Below, piece after piece: positions 23,520-36,605 of a stretch of DNA of 64,000 nt. Under the pieces are notes generated by a model. The model worked only from the letters and a program-made list of their open reading frames with translations. It was not told where the DNA came from and did not search any database. The stretch comes from Podarcis tiliguerta (Eukaryota), in the NCBI GenBank assembly GCA_965153285.1, contig OZ229112.1; one strand, given 5' to 3'. A program made the position numbers and the translations under genes. How positions within the stretch are numbered: the first letter of the stretch is position 1; each line of letters begins with the position of its first letter.

Positions 23520-24640
23520 GGACTCGTGAATTTTTTCACGCTGCATTTGGAAGCGTGTTGGAAAAGCAAGGAAGCGGCTCGCCCGCGCCTTCCCCGTCTC
23601 CCGCGTTGCCCTAACAACTGTGCTCCTCCGCTCCCTCAAGGTACTGCCCCTCCCTCCCGGCAGCCGATGCCGCAAAGCAAAGAAGCAGCGCAAAAGCAAC
23701 GAGGCCCGCATCTTCCCATCCTTTCTTTTACGACACTTAAGATGGCTGCCTCCATGAAAGCGGCTTGTGGGCTCTGTGCCGGGGAAGCTACTTAGAGGGC
23801 TTGCCGAGCTCCTTTCCAGCCACCGGATTCAGAGGGTTTTGCCAAAACAGAACCGGAAGAAAGAAAAGTAGTGTCTTCGGCTTTTCTACCGTGAGGTAGA
23901 AAAGGAAGCGCCTGGGAGAGGGATGCGGAGCGCGCGCGGCGTTTGAACCGTTGCGAGGCGCCTCATGGGACGGGAGGGAGGCGCAGGCCCTTAGGCGGTT
24001 TTTGCTCGGCCTGGACCGAGGGGAGGGAGCAGCTGCGGTGGGTCCCGCCCCGGAGTTCGCGGGAGGCAAGAGCTCGGGGCAGTCGGGGAAGGGCCCGCGT
24101 GGTTGCCTTGGGCTCCTCCGAAAGAGGCGTCCCGAAGGGGAGCCGAGATGCTGCGCTCCGCGTTGCTGCTGCCCTTGGCTCGAGGCTGTTTGCGGAGGAG
24201 CCTCCCGCAGTTGGGAGCGGAGGGGAGGCAGCGGCGGTGCCTCTTCTCCGGCTCTCCCTCGTCCGCTTCCCACTGGAGCAAAGTGGTCTCCGAAGCCGAG
24301 AAGATCGTGGGCTACCCGACCTCCTTCCTGAGCCTCCGCTGCCTCTTGAGCGACGAGCTGAGCAACATCGCCATGCAGGTGCGCAAACTGGTGGGGACCA
24401 GGCACCCATTGCTCAACACGGCCAGGTAAGCTCCCCTCGGGGCCTCTGAAGCATTGGGCACCGAGTTGGCTGTCACTTTTCTCGTACAGAACCGTCCACT
24501 CCTGCAAGCCAGGTAAATGGGAGGCATGCTTACTCTTACTCGCTTCAATTGCCCAGTCACGTTTCCTATCACAGCACTTCTTACGGTGCTGCGAAACCCC
24601 AGGATTCTCTTCCTTGACCTGTAGGGCGCTGCCTGGCGTG
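23520..24640. promoter_or_regulatory. CpG island and PDSS2 promoter
   Basis: CpG-rich. Contains a YY1-like AAGATGGCTGCC (23739-23750), an ETS/GABP-like ACCGGAAG (23852-23859) and a GC box CCCGCCCC (24044-24051), motifs typical of nuclear-encoded mitochondrial housekeeping genes. Confidence 0.8.
24148..24425 (+). CDS. PDSS2: PDSS2 (decaprenyl diphosphate synthase subunit 2), coding exon 1 with an Arg-rich mitochondrial presequence
   Basis: ATG at 24148 gives [13 protein letters not shown]...[52 protein letters not shown], matching PDSS2. Donor AG|GTAAGC at 24426 (phase 2). Confidence 0.95.
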
Positions 24641-25134
24641 GAGTCAGACCATTGGTCTGTCAGCATTGTCTAGATTATGCAGCCCTGCTGCCTGAAGCCT
24701 TTCTTTAAAACAACAAAACCAAAGGCGGCTTTATGTTGAATGGCAAACATATTTAGTTTGAATTGTTTGTTGTTGTTGATATTGTTGATACAGTATTTCA
24801 GAACAAATCAATAAAAAACTATTAGGAAGAAAAGAAATCCAAAGATGGCAAGAATCGAAATGGGAACTTTCTACATGAGTAAGAAGTTTGATGAAGAGAG
24901 TTGTTTTAGGCCAAGATGTGAACACTCACTTAAAGATAGGAATGTTCCTGGTTTTTGTGCAGAGGGCTCATGGGGATATAGTTTTTTCAAGAAACTCCAT
25001 ATGAAATTCTTTTTTTAGCTAATTAGCACCAAGTGAAATCATTTAATGAGGGCCATTTTTAACTGGTAGAGACTATAAATTAAGGACCTTGGTGGTGAAG
25101 GAGACCATCTTGGTTATTGTTTGTTACTGTAATA

Positions 25135-25339
25135 CAGAGCTTTCCAAACTTTTCATGTTGGTGACACACTTTGTAGACATGACATGACACAGTAACTCAT
25201 GACACAGTAACTCAGCAAACCAGAGGTTAAACTAACCCCTTTCTAGCCCTGAAAGGAGCACAAGGAGTGTTCGTGCAACACACCTACACACTGCTTTTGA
25301 CACGCTTAACATGTCGCAACACATAGTTGGAAAGCTCTG
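25135..25339. mobile_element. hAT MITE
   Basis: TIRs CAGAGCTTTCCAA / TTGGAAAGCTCTG and a perfect 8-bp TSD CTGTAATA (25127-25134 and 25340-25347). Confidence 0.9.
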
Positions 25340-26559
25340 CTGTAATACTTCATGGGAAGCAAGCATTTAAAGGCATTCTGTTTGACATTGACTGATGGCT
25401 TTTGTTTATTCCTTCAACTTCTTAAGAAGCTACTTGTTTTGGAGATTTTTGTAGTATGCAGATTTATTTAAACTTCATCAATTGAGAGATGGTTGATAAA
25501 ACAGTTATGGGGGCAATCCAAACCCTAGGCTGGAAGCAATAGGGCTTGTTGAAGTATCACCATCACCTCATCCATGGCCTTCCACTCATGCTGGTCAAGT
25601 AAAAGGTTAGGGGGTGGGGTCAAGGAAAAATATCAATTCACTGCACCAGCTCTCGAACTAAAGAGGCTTCCAGGAGAAGATGCTTGGATCAAGCCCACTG
25701 CCATCACAAGATAGTAACAGGACAAACTCAGGATCCCCTGGATCATGTCCCAGTCCTGAAACACCTTGTTTTCTGGGTTTCCCACTGGCAGTTGCCAGCA
25801 GAGTTACAGCTAGCAGTAGCTTCAGCCGACCAGTGTTTGGGTAGGCACGTTGGGATGCTTCTCATTGACAGGGTTGCCCTGCTGACATCTCCACCGCATC
25901 CACATGCTGTATGGCACAATAGATTAGGGATTTGGACCCTCCTGCTTGTTTAATTGGCTGATCATCACAGTGAATTTCCTTCGCTGTTTCTGGTGCTGAC
26001 TGTAAAAACTGGTCATTTATAAGAACATTGCTTGATACTCTGGTCTGCTGTTTTCATTTCATTACAATGGTTATTATGGTCTTGGACAAGTCATATAAGA
26101 TTATGTGATGTAGTTTTATAGCTATTTCCAAGATAACAATACTTTTCAGAAGAGATTGGTTTGATTTATTAACATCCTTCAACAGTTGTGGAAAAGTTTG
26201 ATAGTTATTGTAATATTACGGTACTCTTCTAAGAGAGAAAACTTGGAATTTAAGTAGTATAGGGTAGGTATGTTTGTTCTTTAATAGCTCTTCAAAGCTA
26301 TTTCTTTGTATTGTTCTCAGAATATCTCCAGACATAATTAATACTTTTCTAGAGAGACCAGTTTGAACAAATGAGAACTGTTTCAGCTAAAATAATCAAA
26401 TTTAGAGGCAGTATATTGTCAGATAGCCCACCAATATGACATATAATTCTGGCAGAACATCACAGATATGTCAGTATAACATTCCATTAGTAGAATTGTT
26501 CTGCTGGCAAAAATGCATGCCACATACTGGTTTAAAAACTGATAATTTTTTCCTCTTCC

Positions 26560-27335
26560 AGCATACATCACTTAACATTGTATACACTGAACCTCATTGA
26601 TCTTTTAGTGACCATTTTCCCACTTTAAAGAGGTCCTTTTTTGTTTTTAATCCCTCCACCCCAGAATATATTTGTGTCGTCAGCAAACTTGGCTACCTCA
26701 CTGCCTCCTCCTAATTCTAGATCCTTTATGAACTTGTTAAAAAGCATTGGTCTCAAAACAGATCCTTTGGGACTCCACTACAGCTCTACCTTGGTTTTTG
26801 AACAGCTTAGTTCTTGAACGTTTTGGCTCCCAAACGCCGCAAACACCGAAGTGACTGTTCTGGTTTGCGAACTATTTTTGGAAGCCGAACATCTGACAGG
26901 TCTTCCATGGCTTCCCATTGGCTGCAGGAGCTTCCTGCAGCCAATCAGAAGCCGTGTTTTGGTTTGCAAATGTTTTGTAAGTTGAATGGACTTCCGGAAG
27001 GGATTCAATTAGATTTCCAAGGTACGACTGTATTTGCATGCCTCGAGTTCTCTGCTTCTTGCTCTTTAACCTGTTCCAAGTCCATAAGAGAACATTTCCA
27101 ATTAACTCGTGATTGATGTGTTTGCTCAGGAGTGTGCAGTAAGGAACCATATCAAAAGCTTTCAAGTAAACAATGTCTACATGCCGACCCTTTCCACAAG
27201 TTTGTTAATAGTCTCAAATGGATTAGTGAGACGGGGTGTACCTTTGTAGAAGTTAAGCTGATTTCTCTTTAGCAAGACGTGTCCTTGTATACACTTGATA
27301 ATTTTGTCTTTAATGATGTTTTCCATCAATTTACT
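26560..27335 (-). mobile_element. CR1 ORF2 (reverse transcriptase) fragment split by a MITE
   Basis: The minus strand reads KAFDMVPY..LLSK...GNVLLW..N.L..KKQR on the right part. The left part contains a GVPKGSV-like and a KFADD-like sequence (gtcgtcagcaaactt). Confidence 0.75.
26781..27030. mobile_element. Tc1/mariner (Tigger-like) MITE
   Basis: Imperfect TIRs CAGCTCTACCTTGG / CCAAGGTACGACTG, flanked by TA on both sides. Confidence 0.75.
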
Positions 27336-28441
27336 TGAAACAAACATTAAAGTGTTTTGAAGGTGATGTCTTCATTGCTTGACTGCTCTGTGCGCACTTT
27401 ACAGGCATCCTGACCATGCATCTATATAGGTGCTGTGTTGTATGTGATTTTCTTCCTCTTGTTTGGTGTGCTAGAAAATTTGAATTTCTGCTTATAGTGA
27501 TACTAGGGGAGTTGCTATACTGGGGCTGCTGCTGAGTGTGCCACTGGGGGTGCTGTGATGGTGCCATTTTTGTATATGGTGGTGTGTGTGGTAGAGGTAA
27601 CGCAAGGCCCCATCATGAGTTCATCGGCTGTCTCCATATGTGACTGATGACCCAGATTCTAGTGTTTCCAGAAGTTCTGGCAGGCATGTACATCTCTTTT
27701 TCTTTCTGCTGTTTTTATTTTTATTTTATCTTAAGTGCTTCCCTCCTCTCTCCCCGTTTCCCAGACAGCAGCATTGTGCATCTCCCACCCACCCCACCAT
27801 AATTCAGAGTATCTGATTGCTCTGTTGTACCTCTTGAGAGAACGATGTTTGCATATATTGCTTTTATATTGAAGCAAGTTGAGACATGGCGTTGCAATCC
27901 ACAGGTGATGAAAGACACCTCTGCATGAGATTTACTCGGGTAGATTGTTAAGAGCTTATACTCTGTTCTAGTGGGCTTGAGATTGTCAGGTGCATAAAAT
28001 GTTTTTGACAAAACACTTTATAGTCTGTCAATTTGAGGTAAAACTGTTTATATCCCAGAGTAGTTGCCTTGGTCACATACTATCATTTTACTAATAGCAA
28101 AGCCAGCAAGGCCATAAAAATGGGCAAAAGGGAACTTAAAGCATGAGGAGGTTGGTCAGTGAGCCATTGCTGAAAATGGGGAACCCTGTAGCTTTGCTTT
28201 TTTAAAAAAGGAAACACCTTTGGCTTGGTGAGGCCATCATAATTTGTGATTAGCTTTAGTCAGGCGGTGTCCCCACAGCAGTATCTACCTTTGTTTATAG
28301 GCTAAAAGACAAAAAACTGACAACCAAAAGTGACGTTTAAATTTGAGTTTGAATCCATTGTTTAAGAAAATGGTCAAAAAAAGAAGTTGTTAGGGTAGCT
28401 TTAATTTTCTTATAATCAAAAAGAAAGTTAATGATAGTTTG

Positions 28442-28554
28442 AGAAGCGGATTAGCATGCTGGCCACATGACCTGGAAGCTATAAAGCAAGATGAGCGCCA
28501 CAATCCCAGAGTCATCTGAGACTGGACCTAACGGTCAGGGGTCCCTTTACCTTT
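28442..28554 (+). mobile_element. Sauria SINE 3' fragment
   Basis: CATGCTGGCCACATGACC...GATGAGCGCC...GACTGGACCTAACGGTCAGGGGTCCCTTTACCTTT tail. Confidence 0.8.
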
Positions 28555-30434
28555 AAGTATAGTTACAGGCAGGGGCAGAAACTTCTGCTCTGTGAAAAGG
28601 GTGGTATGTTTGACTTTCATGTGTCCTATAGATACTTCTTTGACACAAGCCTCATGATGCTGTCTGCAGCCTACATAGGGAAAGGATATGTGACAAATGC
28701 ATGTTATAATATGACAGCTTAAAAACATCATTGAAAACAGTCTAGAAGTCTTAGATATGAGTTATTAATGCTTTAAAAGGCAAAATACAAAATAACAAAG
28801 AATATATCAATATCAAGAATAACAAAACTGCTATATATTAGAAACCACATCAAAACATTTCAAGAGATTATCTTAATTTTATGCTGACAACATAAATGAA
28901 ATGGTGCTATTTAAAAGAATATGTTTTGTGTTTATTTTCAGCTCATGTAATTGCAGTTTAAGTCATTTAAATAGTGTGAACTGAAATATAGCCATGAAAT
29001 AGGTAATATTGACTTTTAGATTTCTCAAGTGAGATAAATTGAAGGTAGCATTATTGCTCAAAACTTGGAAGTGTTCCATAAACTAAAGTGCTAAGGAGTA
29101 TGGCCCATCACAGATTTAGATATGCTTCAGACATTGATTTCAGTGGGCTTAAGCACACTTTGCAGTGGGCTTAATTGTAGAAGTTTCCCAACCCCCTATA
29201 CTGACAATATGGTAATCTCTGTACAGCTCTGGTCTTCTGAGTCTGATGGCAGACAGTTTCACTTCACAGCTGTCCCAAGATTACCACATTTTCAATAGCT
29301 TTCAATGCATAGCTGTGCTAACGTAGACTTAAATCTGGAGTGTTGGAGACAGGAAACTCTTTTGTTTGGGCATTCCCAATTGCTGAAATTACTTGGCTTT
29401 TAAGGCAGAAGCAAATTCTTCTGTAATAAGCCTAATTTAGCCTTGTATTCCACTTTCACCCCACAGATTTTCCAAATTTAACAAAGCTGCTTGAAATTTT
29501 GCAGTTGTATTATTATTATGCTGCCTGTTATGCTGTATGGAAAGTTTCAGGCAAATCACTTATGACAGCTGGCAGATACTGGATTTCTGTAACCGAGGTG
29601 GCTTTCAGTATTTCAGACTTTTCCCTTACTTCCCCACTCCTCCAACCCTGGCCTGGGTTATAAACTTCTAAAGAAGAAATATTCTGTTCCTAGCAGTTAA
29701 ATTTGTTTTACTTTGTGGTGCCTTCTCAAAATTTCTGTCCTTGGCTAGCTCTGTGTTTTGAATGACCTTTTCATGTTCACACAGAGATTTGGTTTGTTCA
29801 GTGACTTATGAAGGATTTGGAAAGGAGGCACATACTGGCACATTTTAGGAAACCTTCTATTAAAACCTTCGTAAAACTCTTCTTGGCTCTAAAGTAAGAT
29901 GGCTATAACGCCAAGGGAGGGAGGAAAAGAACATGTTCAAATGAGGGGAGGGAGTCTTTAAAATTCAATGCCAAATTCTTCTTACTGAGGCTTTCTAAAA
30001 TATTGCGGGTTTTGATAAGAAAAAGAACTCATCGCAGACAGAACAAGAGGTAAACACAACAGAGAAAAAATGACAAGGTTTCAATACATTTAATTCATTA
30101 ATTAATACATTTAATTCATTTAATACATAATATTGAAGCAAAATTATCAAAGGACGCGAAGAGTGACTCAGATTGCATAACTTGCATTAACAAGTAGTTT
30201 ATGACTTCCTTCTACTTTACAGATGGTGAATCTGTGGCTGTCAGGGATTAGGCTCCAGCTCCCATCAGTCCCAGCCAACATGGCCAATGATCAGGGAAGG
30301 TTAAGAGTTGTAGTCCATCAACATTTGAGGGCCACAGGTTCTTCATCCCTACTCTACTTGGTTTGGATGTTGCAATTTAAGTAGCTTTTAAGTACTTCAG
30401 GGATACCCGCGCAAAGCCTCTTCAAGCACATTTG

Positions 30435-30483
30435 ATTCAGAATATTTTTTTCTTGTTTTCCTCCTCTAAAAACTAGGTGCGTC
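30435..30483. mobile_element. Remnant of the same Tc2-like family as 54710-55306
   Basis: GATTCAGAATATTTTTTTCTTGTTTTCCTCC...ACTAGGTGCGTC is nearly identical to 55219-55269. Confidence 0.65.
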
Positions 30484-31496
30484 TGAATCTGTTGTGACTG
30501 GACAGCAACAGATGTTCGCTGCCAGTGCTGTGAATTGGTGGGACAGTTGTGTATTTTTCCAAATGCTTCCCTCTAGCACCTAAAGCATTAGCAAGCCACG
30601 TGTCTCTGTCCTCTTCCCTTTTATCTGCTAAGAGTGAACGGTACAGAATGACAAAGGTGGCTTGTCTTGCATTTGAGCCGGTTCTTGTTCTTTCCTAGCT
30701 GAAGCAGAAACCAATTTGAAGGGCCGGCTGAGTTTTTTTAAAATAAACTGCTGGAGAAAGTGCCACTACTTTTGCATGAAATGCTGCTAGAAAGTGGTGG
30801 ATTTCTAGAGGTCAAGATGCTAGTTTTTCCTCCTCACTTCACTCTCAGAACTACTTGGGAAACAATTTATAAATGGACCTGGTCTCTTAAAAACTCATTT
30901 TTAAAAACCTTTTTTATTTTATTTAGGATGACATAAAACACAAAGTATAGCAATGTTCCTATGTGCTGGGGAGCTAATAACCTGTACTGTATAAAGTAAA
31001 ATGAAAAGACAGTCCAACAATAACAATTCTATATTTTTGCAGTCTTTCCACTGGGTCAAGTGCTTCTCTTATAGATGCTGAATTAACCTGTTAATGCATC
31101 TATCAGAGCAAGGATCGGTGTCCATTACCCATCCCACAAAAGTGAATTTTGTGCAGGAACTTTTCTTGAAGTCCTGTTGAATATTGAATGGAAGTGTAAA
31201 ACAGGTCTCGTTGGATTTGTTTCTTGAGCTATCAGACCCTCTGAGTCAGCCTTTCCAATATTGCTAAATGCCAAGCCTACTCATAGATTCATCGTTGCCC
31301 CCTCTAAATATTTCCAGAAATGTGTAACTATCATGCTCACTGACAAGCCCTTGGTTTGTTGTTGTTGTTTTTTAGGTAAAGTAAGGGATATATTTATCAA
31401 CATAGTAACATGTCGGGAGCAAGAACACTGAAATTTTGTCTCCAGAATAGCTGTGTATAGTTCTGTTTTAAGATGGAAGTTTTCAGAATTGATTAT

Positions 31497-31523
31497 TATC
31501 ATCATCATCATCATCATCATCAT
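31497..31523. repeat. (CAT)n microsatellite
   Basis: Directly visible. It explains the poly-Met ORF. Confidence 0.9.
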
Positions 31524-33300
31524 TTTAAAGTCATTTCATCATTTAGAGAAATATCCGTAGACTAGAGCATGACAAATGGGGTTAGTGATGTTAGTGATTG
31601 ATCGGAACAGCACATGTTGTTTAACCACATGATTTATAAGCAGCTTTGCAGGGTGCTAATGCAGCTTTGAAAATAAATTGTATAGGCCACCTGCCCTCAG
31701 ATCCTTTTAGTGTTCCTTCTTTATTGACTCCCACATTTCCCTTTCTTCCCTTTTCTTCCTTTGAAAGCAAGCGCGTTGGTTCAGAATTTATCAGTGATGA
31801 TTTTTACCAGTAAAACTAGAGGCATGATTGAGCCAAGTGAAATACTTTTCAATCCCATTGATTTCAGTGGAAACCAGGTATTGATTAGTATAGGTCTATT
31901 CATAAGTAAGTCCTGCAGAATTTAAGATTGCAGACTTAAAGTGACTGGCTCAAATTCTTCTTAGAATTAATAAAATTAAATTGTAGAACTGTTGAAAAAG
32001 CATATCATATTTCACTACAAATGTAATGTTCTGCATGCTTACACTTTCTGGAATCATTCTTCCCCAGAAAATTATATAATAATAACGGGAGAATTTTTCA
32101 TAAATTGCATAAGCAAATTTCACATGACTAGCACAAAATACAAAACATTTTGATAATTTTATTCTTTCATTTTCCCATCTTCCCAGTTAACACTTAGTGA
32201 AAACTTTTAATTACCAAAAATAGTTTTCTCTAAGTAATCTTGAAAACAGCATCAGTGTGCTAGTGTGGATTCACCTCTTATTCATTAAGTCTGGGTCTTT
32301 GGTTATACTAGTTGTCAGTCATTGCTGATTTTAAACATATTTCCCTTTTTAAAATTGGAGTTTTTGCTTCCCTAAAATGTATGCCCTCACCCCTGAAATC
32401 TTTGCCACTTATTTTTACTTGAAGGAAATCTGGACTGTATATGTAGGCATAGAGGAAAGTAAACCATTAGGAACTATTTTAATGCATGTGAAACAGACAG
32501 TGGAGCAAAGCTACAACTATCAAGATCAGAGTGTCAGAGTGCTTGTTGTCCTGGTAACAGATGAAGAAGATCAGGATGAGATTTCAAGAATACAGAGGAG
32601 GAAGAGACAACATTGGGCTTGTTATATGTAAAAAAATGCAGACCCCAGAAAAGCTTGAATGGTTCTTATGATTATGCCTTATGCTTCTACTGGTGGGTCA
32701 ATATATAACCATTGCAAGTTAGATGAAAACATAGGTATAAAAGAAGTCTAGGCTTGAACCACGATAAGCGTTAAAAAATACTATGGATGACAGAGCATCG
32801 CTACTGAGACTTAAGTCCATTGACTGTAGCGGGTCTATTCCATGACTGATGTTCAATATTACCCTTAGCTTTCAGATAGCAGCAAAAGATGGAAGGCAGA
32901 CTGCCTATATGCCAAAGTTTCTAAAATACCAGATATAGATTAAGTGTTCGAAATACTCCTAGTAGCAATTGCTGGTTTCAGATGCAGGCTCGGTTGATGT
33001 TATATGAACATGCAGCAGTGAGCATCAGACTTGCATGCTCTTCCTCTTCTCTTTGCATGCTTTGCTTTTCTAAAGGACTTGCAGTTCTTTGGCAAATGAT
33101 AATTGCCATTGCATGTGAATGAGGAAAATTATGGTTTGGGTCTGGTTTCATATGCAAATATACAGAAAAACTGGTTGAATAAACAATAGTTTTCAGGTAT
33201 ATATGTAATGGCAAACTTTGGTTGTTAAACTAGATGTTTGTTAGAAAAAAAGCAGTATAATGAGAGATCAGTGGGAGATGAAACAATCACAAGCTTGAGG

Positions 33301-33511
33301 CCAACTAAGTTTGTTCTTGGTATAAGCTTTTGTGCGCATGCACACTTCTTCAGATACCATCTAGTATCTGATGAAGTGTGCATGCACATAAAAGCTTATA
33401 CTAAGAACAAACTTAGTTGGTCTCTAAGGTGCTACTGGACAATTTTTTTATTTTTATATATACCGGTATATTTCGATTGCGTCAGACCAACACGGCTACC
33501 TACCTGAATCT
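33301..33511 (+). mobile_element. Truncated Penelope-like element with an inverted 5' copy
   Basis: 57-bp inverted arms at 33301-33357 and 33364-33420 contain GTATCTGA(A/T)GAAGTGTGCATGC...AAAGCTTATAC. The tail reads GACCAACACGGCTACCTACCTGAATCT. A 12-bp TSD ACAAGCTTGAGG lies at 33289-33300 and 33512-33523. Confidence 0.8.
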
Positions 33512-36500
33512 ACAAGCTTGAGGGTCGTTGCTGCTCATTCATGTCAACACCAAACCATGGCTTGGAATTACATTGAATGCAGCAAGTATCACAATGTTAA
33601 TTTTGAAACATAAATACTTTAAATACATTTTTAATTTGTTTTTGTTTTTTTAAGCTCATCACACAACTCTTTCCTTACTTTCTACTGATGTATTGTCAGA
33701 ACTTGAATTTCAGAAGCCATTTAACTAAGGACAGTTAAGAAACAAAAAGATATAGGAAGCAAATGTTACATTTGTAATTTTAGCATTCACTTTCAAGATT
33801 TTATAGTTGAAAGTTTATATATGTTCCAAATGGTGAGAAAATGTTTTTAGAAAGCTTAGCCAAAGAACTCTGTGAGCAGGGATGCTGTTTTTTTTGGGGG
33901 GGGGGGGGTTAGAATTGTATCTGTGAAAAGTAAAGATTTAATTGTATTTGCCTACAGTAGTAGATTCTGTTACTAGTATACCTGGATTATTTAAGAATTC
34001 AAATATACAATACTGTAGTACAGCAGTTCTTATTGACATGCTTGGCAAAGAAGCAAACAAGACCACTCTTTTGCCATCTGTTTATAGTGCTATATAAAGA
34101 AAATCATGCTGGTTGCTGTGGAAACTAACATTTCCCAAACCACAAGTTGCTTAAATTCTCCACCTTTTAAAATATTGAGTTCTCTCAGGAATGAATACAC
34201 ACACATGGGAAATATATCAGAAATGTTCCAGTTACTTTTCCACCAATTAACTGTACAGTGTGTTCAATATTTGTATTTTGTCACAGAGGCATACGTTGTC
34301 ATTCGCATTTCAGAAGATTTATTGATATTTTTGACATAGAGATGTTTTGACTGACATCTACATCTGTATATAGCAACATATTTAGTTGGACTGTGAGGTT
34401 TTGCAGTGGAGTGAAAATGCTACCATGTAGGTTTTAGAAACTGAAACTGCTATTTATATGAGCTGCTTCTGGACTTAGGTACTTTATTCATTGCTTTCAG
34501 GCACCTTTGGGAGACACAACTTGCTTAATCTTGCTCCTGCTTGTGGATATTATAATATGGATTTGTTGAGCAAAGTATAACATTGTAAAAGTGTTGACAA
34601 TCATGCATAAATTTCAGAAACCGTATTAGATTACCTTCAGGTTTGTTTAAATTCTACTGTTCTCTAGTTTTTATCCAGGTGTTTTGGCAGACACAGGAAT
34701 TATCCCAAGAATGCATAATCCCATGCAATGTATCTGTAGCCTATCATGGCTCCTTGACATGTCTGTATGGATATCTGTATCATAGCATTTATTTGGAGTT
34801 TTGCACAGGACATTGTAGCTTGCCGAATTGGCTCTAGTTCAGCAGATTTCCCAAGTCTTCCTTTTGATGCCATGAACATTTCAGCTTTCCAAAGAAAATA
34901 TCAGCTAATAAAAACACTGTCCAGAATTGACACCACTTGATAATTGGAAGTGCCTCTGATAGTCATTGCTTCTATCTTGTTTTGATTCATCCTAGTTTTG
35001 TCTACGGTAATTCTTGGGTGCTGATTCCAAACTCCCATTGCTACTTCAAGGTCAGATGAAAGATCCTCTGCATATTTGAGGACTCTGCACTCCCAATCTG
35101 TGGCTGACTTCTTCATATGCACACAAACAATTTTACGGCAAGACAGAACCTTGTGGAACCTTACAGAAGGACTCATTTGGAACAGAATAGCAACTGGCTA
35201 ACTCCTGTATCTGAGATCATCTAAATGAAGAACTGGGCTACTATAAGAGAGAATTCCAAACCCTAACCAAATTCCATAAGCAGCTCCATTTAGTTGTCAG
35301 TGCAACTCAAATATATTTTAATGCACATTTGTAGCCAATGTATGAGAGAGAATATTCACTGAAATGCAGTTGCTATAATTGGTCCACTGAGGATGTTAAA
35401 TTACAGGTCATAGAGTACAATAGTTTGAAAACTGCTAAAGCAAAAATCTTGTTTCAGGCATCTGTTTAGGAAATCATCATAGCTGAGTGAGGGGGCCACT
35501 TTAGCCTAGACTTTCATAGTACAAAATGTTGATGTTCGGTGACTAGGCAGTAGAGTTTCATATTGTCGGTTGTCCTGCGGTTGTAGAGCTGAAGCGGGAT
35601 ACACTCTGGCTTCTGCCACTGGCTATAAGACAGAGGGTCACTGGGAAGCTGCACTTCTTTTCTCTGGTCTCTTGCATTGGCCAGTGAATGAGCAGCTGCT
35701 CCAAGACCTGCTTTCCCCCTTCTCTCCAGACTCCTTTTTCCTTTTGTGTTGTATCCTTCATTTGTGTGAGCCTACAAATAGGAACTGTCTTTTTCATGTA
35801 TGTGCAGCATTTAGACAAGTTTAGAGGCTTTATCATTGCTAATAATTTATGGAACCAGGCTCATAAGTAAATGTATTTTTAAGTGATCAAAATACATATT
35901 TAAAAGAATATTTACAATTATTCAGTTGCTGATTCTAGTATTTGTGACAGGCATAAATTGGACAGAATATCTGCTTCATAACTGTACCTGCACAGGATAT
36001 TGGTATTCACACCTGTGCATTCTCTAAATGTTGGCAGTTCTTTTTATTTTTGTCATTTACCTCTCACTAGTCTTAAAGTTCTGATACAAATCAGGGTAGG
36101 GGCTTAGACAGTACATGCAAAACAACTGTCTTGTCTTCAGGTTAATTTTTTAACCTTTAAGGAGGAAAGCAGGGAGCCTGTATAACTTGCGCAAATTGTC
36201 TTTGAAGGTTTTATTGCTCTTTTCTTAATTTCGTTTTAGTATCTGATTAGTGACCATCTTAAAGATCTTATGACCGAAAGGTAATCAATAAACATTTCAA
36301 TAAAACAGGTAAATAATAAAATTAGGCGTGCATAGTGCTACTGTTGGATGATCAGGAGGATAAACACTGTGCTGACATATCACCTGGAACATTAATGCTT
36401 TCATGTATTCATACATTTTAGATTTTATTTGCTCATCATGTTTCAGATTATTGAATTTTTCTACCTTGTTTTTGGCAGAAACCATTGTCTACTTTTCTGA

Positions 36501-36565
36501 CTGCTTTGGAAATACAATGGAATACATTTTTCTACTATACAGTATCTTCTTTTCTTTGTCTGGTT

Positions 36566-36570
36566 TGTGC

Positions 36571-36605
<35 letters not shown>
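36566..36605. repeat. Compound (GT)n(GA)n microsatellite
   Basis: Directly visible. Confidence 0.9.

Noticed and set aside
24103-24147. N-terminal extension of PDSS2 called by the ORF track
   Set aside because: It begins at TTG. The first ATG (24148) directly precedes a typical mitochondrial presequence.
23788-24666. 292-aa minus-strand ORF antisense to PDSS2 exon 1
   Set aside because: It is a shadow ORF of a GC-rich coding exon and island, with no recognisable protein features.
27400-28080. Possible old LINE or endogenous viral coding fragment
   Set aside because: The composition is suggestive, but no diagnostic motif could be read in the frames examined.
31281-31523. Poly-Met ORF
   Set aside because: It is produced by a (CAT)n microsatellite.
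33364-33402. Active hammerhead ribozyme
   Set aside because: The conserved GAAA box reads AAAA in both arms, so it is reported only as a decayed remnant.
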